This document shows positions 18,442 to 26,800 of a stretch of 64,000 nt of DNA, one piece after another (position 1 is the first letter of the stretch; each line of letters starts with the position of its first letter). The stretch is taken from assembly GCA_963732195.1 (NCBI GenBank), contig CAVSYO010000006.1, positions 40,970-104,969 on the forward strand, written 5' to 3'. The notes below the pieces were generated by a model. It saw only the letters and a list, made by a program, of their open reading frames with translations, searched no databases and was not told the origin of the DNA. The position numbers and the translations under genes are program-made. The DNA is from Terriglobia bacterium (GTDB lineage: Bacteria; Acidobacteriota; Terriglobia; Terriglobales; Acidobacteriaceae).

Positions 18442-19320
18442 CTAGATAGCGGTTTCCGGGGCAGGCACGTAAGGAAAGCCCTCAAAGTTCGCCAGATTGG
18501 AAAACTTGTTCGTGCAGGTTGCTTGTGTTTTGTCGCAGCCGGGATACGCGGTAAACGCATCCCCGGCGTTAGGAACGAACGGTAGCGGAGAATTGAATGT
18601 AAACTGCTGCCCAAGGTATTGCTTCACGGCTTTGACCAATCCTGCGTTCGCCCCCGATGTGAAAGCAATCTGGCCATTGTCGTAATAGCCGTCTGCCTTA
18701 GCAGAGAGCGAAATCAATTTATTGACGGTCGAACCGGCCTGCACCGCGTTCACTTCGGCAAAGCTGGCTTTAACCAATCCGCAGCGCGCATCAAAAAGCG
18801 TATTGGTGCAGCCAGGCTGCAGAATCGCCGCGGGAAGCTGCATGCTTAGAAAAGCCGTGCCGGCGTTAACAGACAGCTTGGCTGAAGAACGCGTAAGTTC
18901 GTCCAGCGCGCCGATGAAGCCGGAAAACCGCACAACAGTGCCAATCTGGTTTGAAGCAGAATCCATGAACAGACGGTCAATTCGAAACGCCGCGCCATCA
19001 AACAATCCTTGTCCGATGGCTTGCAGGACCGGCACTCCATTGATCGTGTCGGTCAGACTGGCTTCGATGGTGATCTCCAGCGTCGCCACGTCCATGCCCA
19101 GCTTCTCTTCAATCGCCGATCGCGAAATGTTAGGCGGCCCGGTCAGAAATTTGTTTCCCAGCACCACCAGGTTCGTATCCCAGCTTGTGTACCGCAATAC
19201 TGTGCCGTTTTTGAGAGTAATGGTGTAGAGATCGGCCATGCGGAGTTCTGTTGCGCTCTGGAGCCACGTAACCAAATTGTTGCCGCCAATATTTGTTGGT
19301 GTTTTCATATTCTCTTTCAT
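18442..19320 (-). CDS. Distal tail protein, DUF2163 plus BR0599-type C-terminus (RcGTA g13-like)
   Basis: C-terminal signature YPGCDKTQATCTNKFSNLANFEGFPYVP. Confidence 0.8.
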   Translation of the reverse strand: MKENMKTPTNIGGNNLVTWLQSATELRMADLYTITLKNGTVLRYTSWDTNLVVLGNKFLTGPPNISRSAIEEKLGMDVATLEITIEASLTDTINGVPVLQAIGQGLFDGAAFRIDRLFMDSASNQIGTVVRFSGFIGALDELTRSSAKLSVNAGTAFLSMQLPAAILQPGCTNTLFDARCGLVKASFAEVNAVQAGSTVNKLISLSAKADGYYDNGQIAFTSGANAGLVKAVKQYLGQQFTFNSPLPFVPNAGDAFTAYPGCDKTQATCTNKFSNLANFEGFPYVPAPETAI

Positions 19321-19489
19321 GAAGCCTCGACCCTGAGCTTGCCGAAGGGGAGAGGTCCCTGTTGCCGCGATGGGTCAAGGGAGACGATTTTCCAGTGAAC
19401 TGTCATCGTTCGTTGAGCAGATCTATTGCTCGACGAGTCCGAACTAGCGCAGAAATGCCCGGAGGAGTGTCAGCTTATGGAGCCAATGA

Positions 19490-19518
19490 AAATAAAAAAG
19501 CAGCCCCGTAAGGCTGCT
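19490..19518 (-). terminator. Rho-independent terminator after the small-TM gene pair
   Basis: The minus strand reads AGCAGCC-TTACGG-GGCTGCT followed by TTTTTTATT. Confidence 0.75.
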
Positions 19519-19542
19519 TGAGTCTGAAAACGGTTGAGCTCC

Positions 19543-19776
19543 TTATTTCAGATCGACATCTCCCCACACATACCATGGGCGATGATCAATCTCGTCATTC
19601 AGCGCATGTAAATCCTCCGTCAGCTTACTCAAACACGGAAGGGTTTTGCAGTTTGGCACCTGCGATGTTAGCTCTTTGAATCGCTCACGTTTGTCGTGGA
19701 GCCACAGTTGCCGCGGCACAATCAAACATGCAACCAGTAAGACTATGATCCCGGCTACCAGTTCCCATCTCTTCAT
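19543..19776 (-). CDS. Small membrane protein (77 aa)
   Basis: MKRWELVAGIIVLLVACLIVP.. has one N-terminal TM. The ATG overlaps the stop of the upstream gene (ATGA). The segment is AT-richer than its neighbours. Confidence 0.6.
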   Translation of the reverse strand: MKRWELVAGIIVLLVACLIVPRQLWLHDKRERFKELTSQVPNCKTLPCLSKLTEDLHALNDEIDHRPWYVWGDVDLK

Positions 19777-19955
19777 GAGCTAAGCGGCCCAGTCCCGCTT
19801 TTAGCCGCCGACGCCAGACCATTGGCATCCGCTTTAACATTGCATATATGCTCCCGAATCGCCTTTAAATCGTTGGAAATACTAAACAGCCGCAACAGCG
19901 CAAATAAAGCAACGATGCTGATTAACAGCGCCAGACCATAAACCAACTCTTCCAT
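19773..19955 (-). CDS. Small membrane protein (60 aa)
   Basis: ATG 19955 lies behind GGAGGGAG. It reads MEELVYGLALLISIVALFALLRLF.., with one TM. Confidence 0.55.
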   Translation of the reverse strand: MEELVYGLALLISIVALFALLRLFSISNDLKAIREHICNVKADANGLASAAKSGTGPLSS

Positions 19956-20041
19956 GTCTCCCTCCAAAGGCCGAAATCTTACCAGAGTAGTGGCTTTAAA
20001 AGGCAAAAACTTTTCATTAGTAAATGACTAAGAGCTGGTTG

Positions 20042-20722
20042 CTATTTGCGCACAGAAATCATCTGGACTTCCTTGCATTCATACAGATTGAAATAGAAGT
20101 TGCTGAATTCAATTCCTTCACGCGTACCGCTGGCAGAACTGCCTCGCGAGGTGCCGACGTCAAACCGGACGCGGTGCAGGAACGTAAAATCCGCGGTAAT
20201 GGCTGCGCCGATTGCCGGGGCCACTGTGAATTGGACCAGCCCCAGCGAGATCGTGTAATCCACACCCTGCACCTGCACCTGCGGCGTGCGTCCGCTCACA
20301 TAAACCGTCGCCGTCTGGTTCGCCGGATTCTGGCACGCTTCCAGAAATCCGCCGACATTCCGCACCAATTGAAAGTTCTTATTTACTCCGTCGCCCGTAC
20401 CGATGGGCTGCCCGGTGAACACTGAATCCTCAAGCCGTTGCGTCAGGTCGCTCTCGTTGAGCAGGAAATCATCAAACTGGCCGCCACGAGCCAGAAAGAA
20501 ACCAACCAGCGTCTCCAGCGGCGTCTGCTCGTTTTCGTCTCTCGATCGCGGATCGTTCAACAGATACTCATAGGCCAGGGTGAACTCCCAGATCGGATTC
20601 TGGAAGTTCTGCACCCTCACTTCGCGTCCGGCAAGTGAGGACTGGATTTCTGTTGAGAACGTGGGATTCTTGGTAATCGTCCATCCCAGACCCCGAACTT
20701 TGGGAAAGAGAAGGTTGCTCAT
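20042..20722 (-). CDS. Distal tail protein, DUF2460 / TIGR02217-like (RcGTA g12-like)
   Basis: MSNLLFPKVRGLGWTITKNPTFSTEIQSSLAGREVRV..WEFTLAYEYL.. The start overlaps the tape-measure stop. Confidence 0.75.
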   Translation of the reverse strand: MSNLLFPKVRGLGWTITKNPTFSTEIQSSLAGREVRVQNFQNPIWEFTLAYEYLLNDPRSRDENEQTPLETLVGFFLARGGQFDDFLLNESDLTQRLEDSVFTGQPIGTGDGVNKNFQLVRNVGGFLEACQNPANQTATVYVSGRTPQVQVQGVDYTISLGLVQFTVAPAIGAAITADFTFLHRVRFDVGTSRGSSASGTREGIEFSNFYFNLYECKEVQMISVRK

Positions 20723-22731
20723 CTTGCTCCTTTCCGCTTGAGCGCCCGCGTTACTTCATTGGCAATCATGTTGCTGTGCCGGCGGATGTGTCCCTGGAAT
20801 GATGCTGCATCTACGGCGCTGACAGAGTGGTTCACGACCACAGTGATTCCGCCACCGCCGCTGTAGCCTGATCCACGCTTGTTTGCTGGAATAACCTCTT
20901 CGCCACGATGCAGGTAAGCAAGGCCGTCTTGCGGAACAAAGTTGGTACCGATATCGTACTTAGCGACCGCAGCAATGGGAGCCGAGAAGCCGGATATTAT
21001 GCCTTTGGCCGCCGCTGCCGCACCAGCCGCAATCGCTGGGAACGCTGCCAAGTCCGCGTACGCGTTTGCAGCACCTACGTTGGAAGCAATTTCCACTTGC
21101 GCCATGCCGGTTTCAGCGTCCATTTGAAGCTTGGTTTTTGCTCCAAGCTTGTCCATGATCGCCATGAGCAACTTGGATTCCTCATACTGCAAGCCGATTT
21201 GGATAATGCTTTCCATTGCGCCCGCAGCAAGCTGCTTCCAGTTGGCGGTGCCGGTAGTAACGAACGAGGCCAGGCTGGAATTCAGCCCATTCAGCGTGGT
21301 CTGGAATGTCTGCCCCAATTCCTTGTTGATTTCCTGCCAGCTTAGCAATTGTTTGCGGAACTGTGCCCTGAACGTGTTTGCCAGCTTTAGCTGTAAAGCG
21401 GCGATCTGATCGTCGTACTTCTTCTCTAGGTTCAACTGCTCAATCTTGAGCTTCTGGTAATCGAGAACGGCTTTTTGAAAAGCGGCCTTCTGTGCAGGTG
21501 ACCCGAGCATGCCGTTCATGGTCGCAGCCCCGAGATTCTTTACTATTCCAATCTGGGCATTGAGGCGGCTATTGATATCGCCAATGGCTGCGGACTTGTC
21601 TTTTTCAAGTGTCGTCAGCGCCTGCGCGTCCGCTTTTGCCTGGGTTGTATATCCAAGCGCAACCGAAAGAGCGGCATTGTTCTTAGCATGGCTGTCCGTA
21701 ATATCGCGCTGGAGTTGTTGACTTTTCGCGTTGTTCTCTGCTCCTTTTTCGGCAAGAGCAGCTTCCTGCTGCGCAGCTTTTACGTGTTGCTCGTTGTAGC
21801 GGGCCAGTGCTCCTGCGGCAACCGCATCTTCTTTCTCGGCCTGCGCTTCCAATTGCTTTGCGGTAAGGATCTTGTTGTGGCGATGGAGTGCATCCTCGAA
21901 AAACTTCTGCTCTTCAGCTGCAGCCGCTGCTCGCTGTGCCGATCGTTGCGCGGCGAGAGCTTTCTGTTGCGAGGCGATCGCGGCCCGTTGCGACGCTTCT
22001 CTATCAAGATCGTTCTGATTTTGCTTATTGGTCAGGGCTTCTTCCGCGGCTGCCTCTCTTTGTCTTGCGCCCAACAGACGTATCGCACTGGAAAGCTGCT
22101 CGATATCTTCTTTACCTTGCCGAGTCTCGGAAACAAGTGTCTCAATCTCTGTCGTCAATCCCGTGGCCGCATCTCCCACGATTTCTGTTGTGGTTTTGTG
22201 CAGCAACTCCTGCAGTTCCGCAGTCTTGGTCTTTAGCAATTCTCCAAGCTGTGCAGCCGAGCCGCCCTGATCTTCAATTTGGAACTGCAGCTTGAGAGCA
22301 TTTCTAGTCTTTTGATCGGGCGCATTCAGCAGTTCCAGAGCGCGACTGGCCTCTTTTGTCTTGCGAGCGTATTCCTCCAGAGTTTTATTCTCAGTCTTTA
22401 ACTGGTCATCAAATCTGCGCAGGTCATCGGCACCGGTCAAGACATCGCCGACAAACTTTGAAATCTTGTCTGTAACTTCAATCAGAGCAACGCCGAGAGA
22501 AATGATGGCCAAGGGCTCGAACGCGGCAGTTAGAGCCGGGCCGATCAACTTGCTTGCGCTAAGCATTTTCGTAACCGATTCAGGAATCTTAGCGCCGAGG
22601 ACGTCTTCCAGTATTTTTAGAGAATCAGTCGCTTTGTCTACATGTTCTTTTGTCGTCGTGGCGGCATCTTCAGCGCCGCTCGCGTCGCCGGTGAACTTTA
22701 TGAAAACTTCATTGTCAGCCATGTTGGACAC
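20719..22731 (-). CDS. Tail tape measure protein
   Basis: 670 aa with a long Ala/Gln/Glu/Lys coiled-coil-like middle and a hydrophobic stretch. It sits between the chaperones and the distal tail genes. Confidence 0.88.
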   Translation of the reverse strand: MSNMADNEVFIKFTGDASGAEDAATTTKEHVDKATDSLKILEDVLGAKIPESVTKMLSASKLIGPALTAAFEPLAIISLGVALIEVTDKISKFVGDVLTGADDLRRFDDQLKTENKTLEEYARKTKEASRALELLNAPDQKTRNALKLQFQIEDQGGSAAQLGELLKTKTAELQELLHKTTTEIVGDAATGLTTEIETLVSETRQGKEDIEQLSSAIRLLGARQREAAAEEALTNKQNQNDLDREASQRAAIASQQKALAAQRSAQRAAAAAEEQKFFEDALHRHNKILTAKQLEAQAEKEDAVAAGALARYNEQHVKAAQQEAALAEKGAENNAKSQQLQRDITDSHAKNNAALSVALGYTTQAKADAQALTTLEKDKSAAIGDINSRLNAQIGIVKNLGAATMNGMLGSPAQKAAFQKAVLDYQKLKIEQLNLEKKYDDQIAALQLKLANTFRAQFRKQLLSWQEINKELGQTFQTTLNGLNSSLASFVTTGTANWKQLAAGAMESIIQIGLQYEESKLLMAIMDKLGAKTKLQMDAETGMAQVEIASNVGAANAYADLAAFPAIAAGAAAAAKGIISGFSAPIAAVAKYDIGTNFVPQDGLAYLHRGEEVIPANKRGSGYSGGGGITVVVNHSVSAVDAASFQGHIRRHSNMIANEVTRALKRKGAR

Positions 22732-22763
22732 TCCGGATGATTTCTGCGGGAGAAGTGCAAGGC

Positions 22764-22788
22764 AATAAAAAAGCAGCCCGCAGGCTGC
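22764..22788 (-). terminator. Rho-independent terminator 33 nt upstream of the tape-measure start
   Basis: The minus strand reads GCAGCC-TGCG-GGCTGC followed by TTTTTTATT. Confidence 0.75.
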
Positions 22789-22810
22789 CCGAGAACACCA
22801 AAAAGCAGTT

Positions 22811-23494
22811 TTATTCAGCTAAAATCCAGCTCTCACCGGATTTCTTCAGCATCTTCTTTTCAGACCGAGGCATGGTGCTTTGTTTCATATCCATCAAGTT
22901 AAAGGTTGTGTCATGCCGCATAAGGAGGGCTGGATTCTTCAAATGGTCATTGAGCTCTGATAACTCCTTCTGCGAAAGATTATCGATCAGTTTGATACCA
23001 GTGGGAGCCAGGACCCATTTCCAGGTAAACTCAACTTCAGACTTTTGACTGGTAACTTCATAGACATTTTTGATTTCCACGACCGATTTTGTTGCAACGG
23101 TATCGAGCATACCAAGAGACCGGCATCCATCTTTCTCGTTGTATTTGGCCTTCTTCAAATTCTCCAGCACCTGTGGCTTCGCATTTGCCAGCTCAACGTC
23201 CCAAAAATCAGGACCATCCGGCGCAATGGTCACTAGACCAGCCTTTTGGGCAGCGATAAATTCGATCTGCGCAGGAATAGGCTCCAGCTTTGTAAAACTG
23301 CTGCATTTTCCATTGACTCGGCCTATTACATAAACAAGCTTAATCGAGTCCTTATTCATGGAAAGATTCAGCACATCCGTTATCGCCTTTGTATCTTTTC
23401 CGTCTGCAAACCCTACTGCGAAGATAAGAAGCACAATGATGAACAAACCTGATAACCTGGTTAGATTTCGAGTCCTGGTGCCTACCTGGCGCAT
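22811..23494 (-). CDS. Signal-anchored or secreted hypothetical protein (moron)
   Basis: 227 aa. The N-terminus MRQVGTRTRNLTRLSGLFIIVLLIFAVGFADGKD is a basic n-region plus a hydrophobic core. It is clearly AT-richer than the flanks and has its own terminator. Confidence 0.7.
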   Translation of the reverse strand: MRQVGTRTRNLTRLSGLFIIVLLIFAVGFADGKDTKAITDVLNLSMNKDSIKLVYVIGRVNGKCSSFTKLEPIPAQIEFIAAQKAGLVTIAPDGPDFWDVELANAKPQVLENLKKAKYNEKDGCRSLGMLDTVATKSVVEIKNVYEVTSQKSEVEFTWKWVLAPTGIKLIDNLSQKELSELNDHLKNPALLMRHDTTFNLMDMKQSTMPRSEKKMLKKSGESWILAE

Positions 23495-23698
23495 GAGTAC
23501 TCTCCTTTGGAAAGCGAGATATTAGAGGACAACTCGACATTTGCAAAGCAAAAAGTGAACGATCTTCCGCAACCGTAACATCTAAAGTTTTGCGCTCCAT
23601 TATCGGCCCGCAACGCCTTATAAAGTTAGGCCTTATAGAACTGCGGAAGTTTTTTGGCAACACTTCCTCCGGCAAAAACAATAGCCTGTGCCAGCTCA

Positions 23699-23937
23699 TC
23701 AAGATTGCTCTGGCTTTGCGGCGAGCTTTGCCTGCGTAGTTTTCCGCTTACCGTCCATCAGGTATGCTCCCACTAGAACGTGAGTCGGTGGGTAATCCAT
23801 CCAGTACGCCATGAGATCGTTCAGTTCCCACAAAGTCAGCTGCTCGATCTCAGGCAGCGTCCATCCGGTAGCGGTGGCGACGTGGCCAAAGACAAATGGC
23901 CAGTCGGCTATACCGGTACCGGAGTCGGTTCCCCCGC
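23699..23937 (-). CDS. -1 frame extension of the chaperone (lambda GT analogue)
   Basis: The -1 frame is open from the GGGGG run (23931-23935) and reads GTDSGTGIADWPFVFGHVATATGWTLPEIEQLTLWELNDLMAYWMDYPPTHVLVGAYLMDGKRK... to the stop at 23699. It has no start codon of its own. Confidence 0.6.
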
Positions 23938-24219
23938 GGCCGCCTTCTTGAGACCGGAGACTTCAAGCATGGCGTTGAAAAGAACAGTGAAATCGTCGAA
24001 GGTAAGGCCGTTCTCAAGCTGCTCTGCGGTCAGATCCTGGTGCACTTTCCTTACGGCATTCTGGATCACCGGCAGATACCTGAGCAACGAAGCCAGTCCG
24101 GAGTTTTCCGCCGAAGGTTTTTCCTGAAACAGTGAGTCCAGTTGGCGCAATTCACCGAGCGTAAGTGACGAAACCGTAAGTTGTCCCAGCGATGTTGGAA
24201 CAGTTTGTTGCTTAAGCAT
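23908..24219 (-). CDS. Tail assembly chaperone (lambda G analogue)
   Basis: ATG 24219 lies behind GGAGGA. It sits between the major tail and tape-measure genes and ends ..GLKKAAAGEPTPVPV. Confidence 0.65.
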   Translation of the reverse strand: MLKQQTVPTSLGQLTVSSLTLGELRQLDSLFQEKPSAENSGLASLLRYLPVIQNAVRKVHQDLTAEQLENGLTFDDFTVLFNAMLEVSGLKKAAAGEPTPVPV

Positions 24220-24300
24220 GATTTCCTCCTGATTAGAAATGGCAAAACCGATGGATGAAACGAAGCGGGCGCAGCGCAATGCCGGCCCGCCCCCGAAAAG

Positions 24301-25047
24301 TTATTCGCTGGAATACATGTCGATGACCTGGCCCGCCGCATTGGCAAACGCCTCAAAGTCAAACTCAGGAATGATGAAGTCTTCCTGCTTGGTGGCAAAT
24401 GTGAGCTTCGATGCGACCACGGAATACAACAGCACGTTGAATTGGTTGCCGTTGTAAACGTTTTCCAGCAGCACCTGGATTGTCGGCGCGAAGCCCATGA
24501 GCTGGTTGGTGATGTTGAGCTGCGATCCGGTTGCTGCCGCAACAAAGGTGTAGGAGATCTGAACATGTGCGCCAGTATCGGCTGAGGCGAAGGTATAAAC
24601 GCCCGTGCTGGTGTTCACGGAATACTGCCCCTGTACCGGACCGGAAGCAACGCGAGTCAGCGGAAGTCCGGTTGCCGTGTAACGAACGCCCCAGTCTTGC
24701 TTGAAGGTGGCAGCGTTAACCACCGTGATTTGGAATGGTGTGGCAGGGATCGGAGCAGTATCTTCATCCAGAGAGGTCTTGATCATGCCGGCGGGCATAG
24801 TCTGGCCGAAGAACAAATCGTTCAGCATTTTGCCGTTGATGGCGGCAAACTTTGATTTGCCGGTGATCTTGCATTTTCCGCGGGCCACGGCCTCAGGAAA
24901 CTGCTTTTGTCCGTAAAGCTGCTTGACGTCGCCCGAGATATCGAGTGAAACATCCTGTAGCGTTCCGAATTTCATGGGAGTGGGGTTGGCGGCGGTATTG
25001 CCGCCGACGGGAAAGCCCCACAAGGTACCTGCGCCAAATTCAAACAT
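24301..25047 (-). CDS. Major tail (tube) protein
   Basis: 248 aa. The call rests on its position immediately upstream of the chaperones and on its beta-rich composition. I recognise no firm motif. Confidence 0.65.
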   Translation of the reverse strand: MFEFGAGTLWGFPVGGNTAANPTPMKFGTLQDVSLDISGDVKQLYGQKQFPEAVARGKCKITGKSKFAAINGKMLNDLFFGQTMPAGMIKTSLDEDTAPIPATPFQITVVNAATFKQDWGVRYTATGLPLTRVASGPVQGQYSVNTSTGVYTFASADTGAHVQISYTFVAAATGSQLNITNQLMGFAPTIQVLLENVYNGNQFNVLLYSVVASKLTFATKQEDFIIPEFDFEAFANAAGQVIDMYSSE

Positions 25048-25137
25048 TTTTTCTTTCTCCTTTTGGGGAGCCGGCCCTGCACTCCCATAAATTGAAGCCC
25101 GCGGAACGAACTGCGGTTTGTGAACTGAAGGTGGTGT

Positions 25138-25590
25138 CTATGCGGTGGTGAGAATTTCTACCGGCACCACGGCGAGCGCCATGGAGCCAACAACGTTCTC
25201 GACGATCTCAATCTTTCCCTCAATGCGGCAGTGCGAGACTTTGCCGCCCAGCGACTGCGCAATCCCCGGCGTCGCGTTGCGAATGGCTGCTTCCACGGCA
25301 TCCAGCAGCGAATTCAGTTCGGTGGAAGGGACCGAATTCGGCTCACTGTCGCCCGCGGTGTAAAGCACAAGATCGACAGTCAGCCTGGCGTGGATCGGCA
25401 GGCCATTTACGCTGGTGCCTGTCAGTTCGTCCTTCTGCACCTGGTACAACGACGGACGGTCTGCGGGCGAGAGCTGCGAAGGATCCTGCCAGCGCCGGCT
25501 GACCGTTTTGAACGGACCAGCCGGCGTGAGGAGCGCGCCCTGCAACGTGGAGAACAACGCGGAATAAATTTGCTCGCGCGGAAAAATCAC
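25138..25590 (-). CDS. Tail completion/terminator-type protein (DUF3168-like)
   Basis: 150 aa. The call rests on position between the gp10-like adaptor and the major tail, plus a 4-nt overlap with the upstream gene. Confidence 0.55.
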   Translation of the reverse strand: MIFPREQIYSALFSTLQGALLTPAGPFKTVSRRWQDPSQLSPADRPSLYQVQKDELTGTSVNGLPIHARLTVDLVLYTAGDSEPNSVPSTELNSLLDAVEAAIRNATPGIAQSLGGKVSHCRIEGKIEIVENVVGSMALAVVPVEILTTA

Positions 25591-26051
25591 TCCGACACCT
25601 GAACTTGCTGGATTGCCTGCTCAAGCAGAGCAGGCAATGCCTGTTGAAGATCATTGATTGCGGGACGCAGGTAAGGCCGTGGCCGAATATAAGGACGATG
25701 CCCGTCCTTTTTCTTGAACGGCCCGCGCCGGCCGGCGAAGCCACCGTATTCGTGAATACGGGCGTAATTCAAATCCGACCCGATCCTGACGGTCAGACTC
25801 TGGCCGTCAATCTTGGTCTCTATCGATTGCAGGACCGAATTCATCAGGTTGCCGCTGCGCGAAGTAAGCAGATCGCTCGACCCGCCTTTGCCCGCCGATC
25901 CCGCAAAATATTTTGGCACTGCGGTCTGCAAAGATTGATAAATGAGCGGTTGCAATGCCTCATAAACCTGAGCCACAACGCGAGGCGCGAGTCCGGCAAG
26001 CCGCTGCTGAAGTTGCTGCACGGCTGAATCGTCAATTTGAACGCTAATCAC
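25587..26051 (-). CDS. Head-tail adaptor, HK97 gp10 family
   Basis: ..SDLNYARIHEYGGFAGRRG.. is a YA..EYG-type motif; the size also fits. Confidence 0.75.
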   Translation of the reverse strand: MISVQIDDSAVQQLQQRLAGLAPRVVAQVYEALQPLIYQSLQTAVPKYFAGSAGKGGSSDLLTSRSGNLMNSVLQSIETKIDGQSLTVRIGSDLNYARIHEYGGFAGRRGPFKKKDGHRPYIRPRPYLRPAINDLQQALPALLEQAIQQVQVSE

Positions 26052-26620
26052 AGCGCTAACCTCCGGTACTGGCTGAAGATGGCCATGGAACGCGGCGGAA
26101 CATCGCCCATATCGAACGAAACGTTTACCTGGCCGCTCATGCTGTTGGATTTTTCGCCGATGCGCACGCGCTGGCGATACGTCAACGCAAAGGCCTCAAT
26201 CGCTGCCTGCTTCAGGTCAAGCGGCACGCTGGGATAACCAGCAGCATACGAAAGCTGGATGTTTTGTACACCGCGACAAAAACGAAAGCCGCGCAGCAGA
26301 ATGCGTCGCCCGTCCCACAAATAGCCTGCGGTCGTGGGAGTAGTTGCCGCCTGAATGCTCACGCCATCGATGCTGACGCTGCTGACAGAAATGATGGGGA
26401 AGTTACGCGGCAGCAAGCGGTCCGAATCATTGCCGTCATAGTTTTCCGTCAGCGGGCCAAGCACCGACGACAAAATGTGCGGCCTGTCGATGTACTGCAA
26501 CACTTGCAGGCTGGCATTGGTGATAAGGCTTTGCAGAGTGACATCGTCGTTATTGCCCTGGTTGGGCAGCCACGATTTCAGTTCTGCAACGGTGCAAAGA
26601 TCGTCAGGGGCGGCAGCCAT
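26048..26620 (-). CDS. Head-tail connector (gp6-like)
   Basis: ATG 26620 lies behind GGAGGA. It reads MAAAPDDLCTVAELKSWLPNQGNNDDVTLQSLITNASLQVLQYI.., a typical gp6-like N-terminus. Confidence 0.6.
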   Translation of the reverse strand: MAAAPDDLCTVAELKSWLPNQGNNDDVTLQSLITNASLQVLQYIDRPHILSSVLGPLTENYDGNDSDRLLPRNFPIISVSSVSIDGVSIQAATTPTTAGYLWDGRRILLRGFRFCRGVQNIQLSYAAGYPSVPLDLKQAAIEAFALTYRQRVRIGEKSNSMSGQVNVSFDMGDVPPRSMAIFSQYRRLAL

Positions 26621-26684
26621 GGGTTCCTCCAAAAAAGAAGCAGCTTCGCAGCACACATGCTGGTTCTGTGAAATTTGAAAGAGA

Positions 26685-26721
26685 AAGGCAGTCTGGGCAG
26701 AGAGGGACCTCAGACTGCCTT
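26685..26721 (-). terminator. Long hairpin downstream of the capsid gene (attenuator or mRNA stabiliser)
   Basis: 11-bp stem AAGGCAGTCTG/CAGACTGCCTT. A T-rich but imperfect tract follows on the minus strand. Confidence 0.4.
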
Positions 26722-26800
26722 CCTTCTCCTTCAAACCTGCTGGTTGGCAGGCGAGGAGCATCGGCGGCGATTCGCGGCAATCAAGCCGCCGATGAATCGT

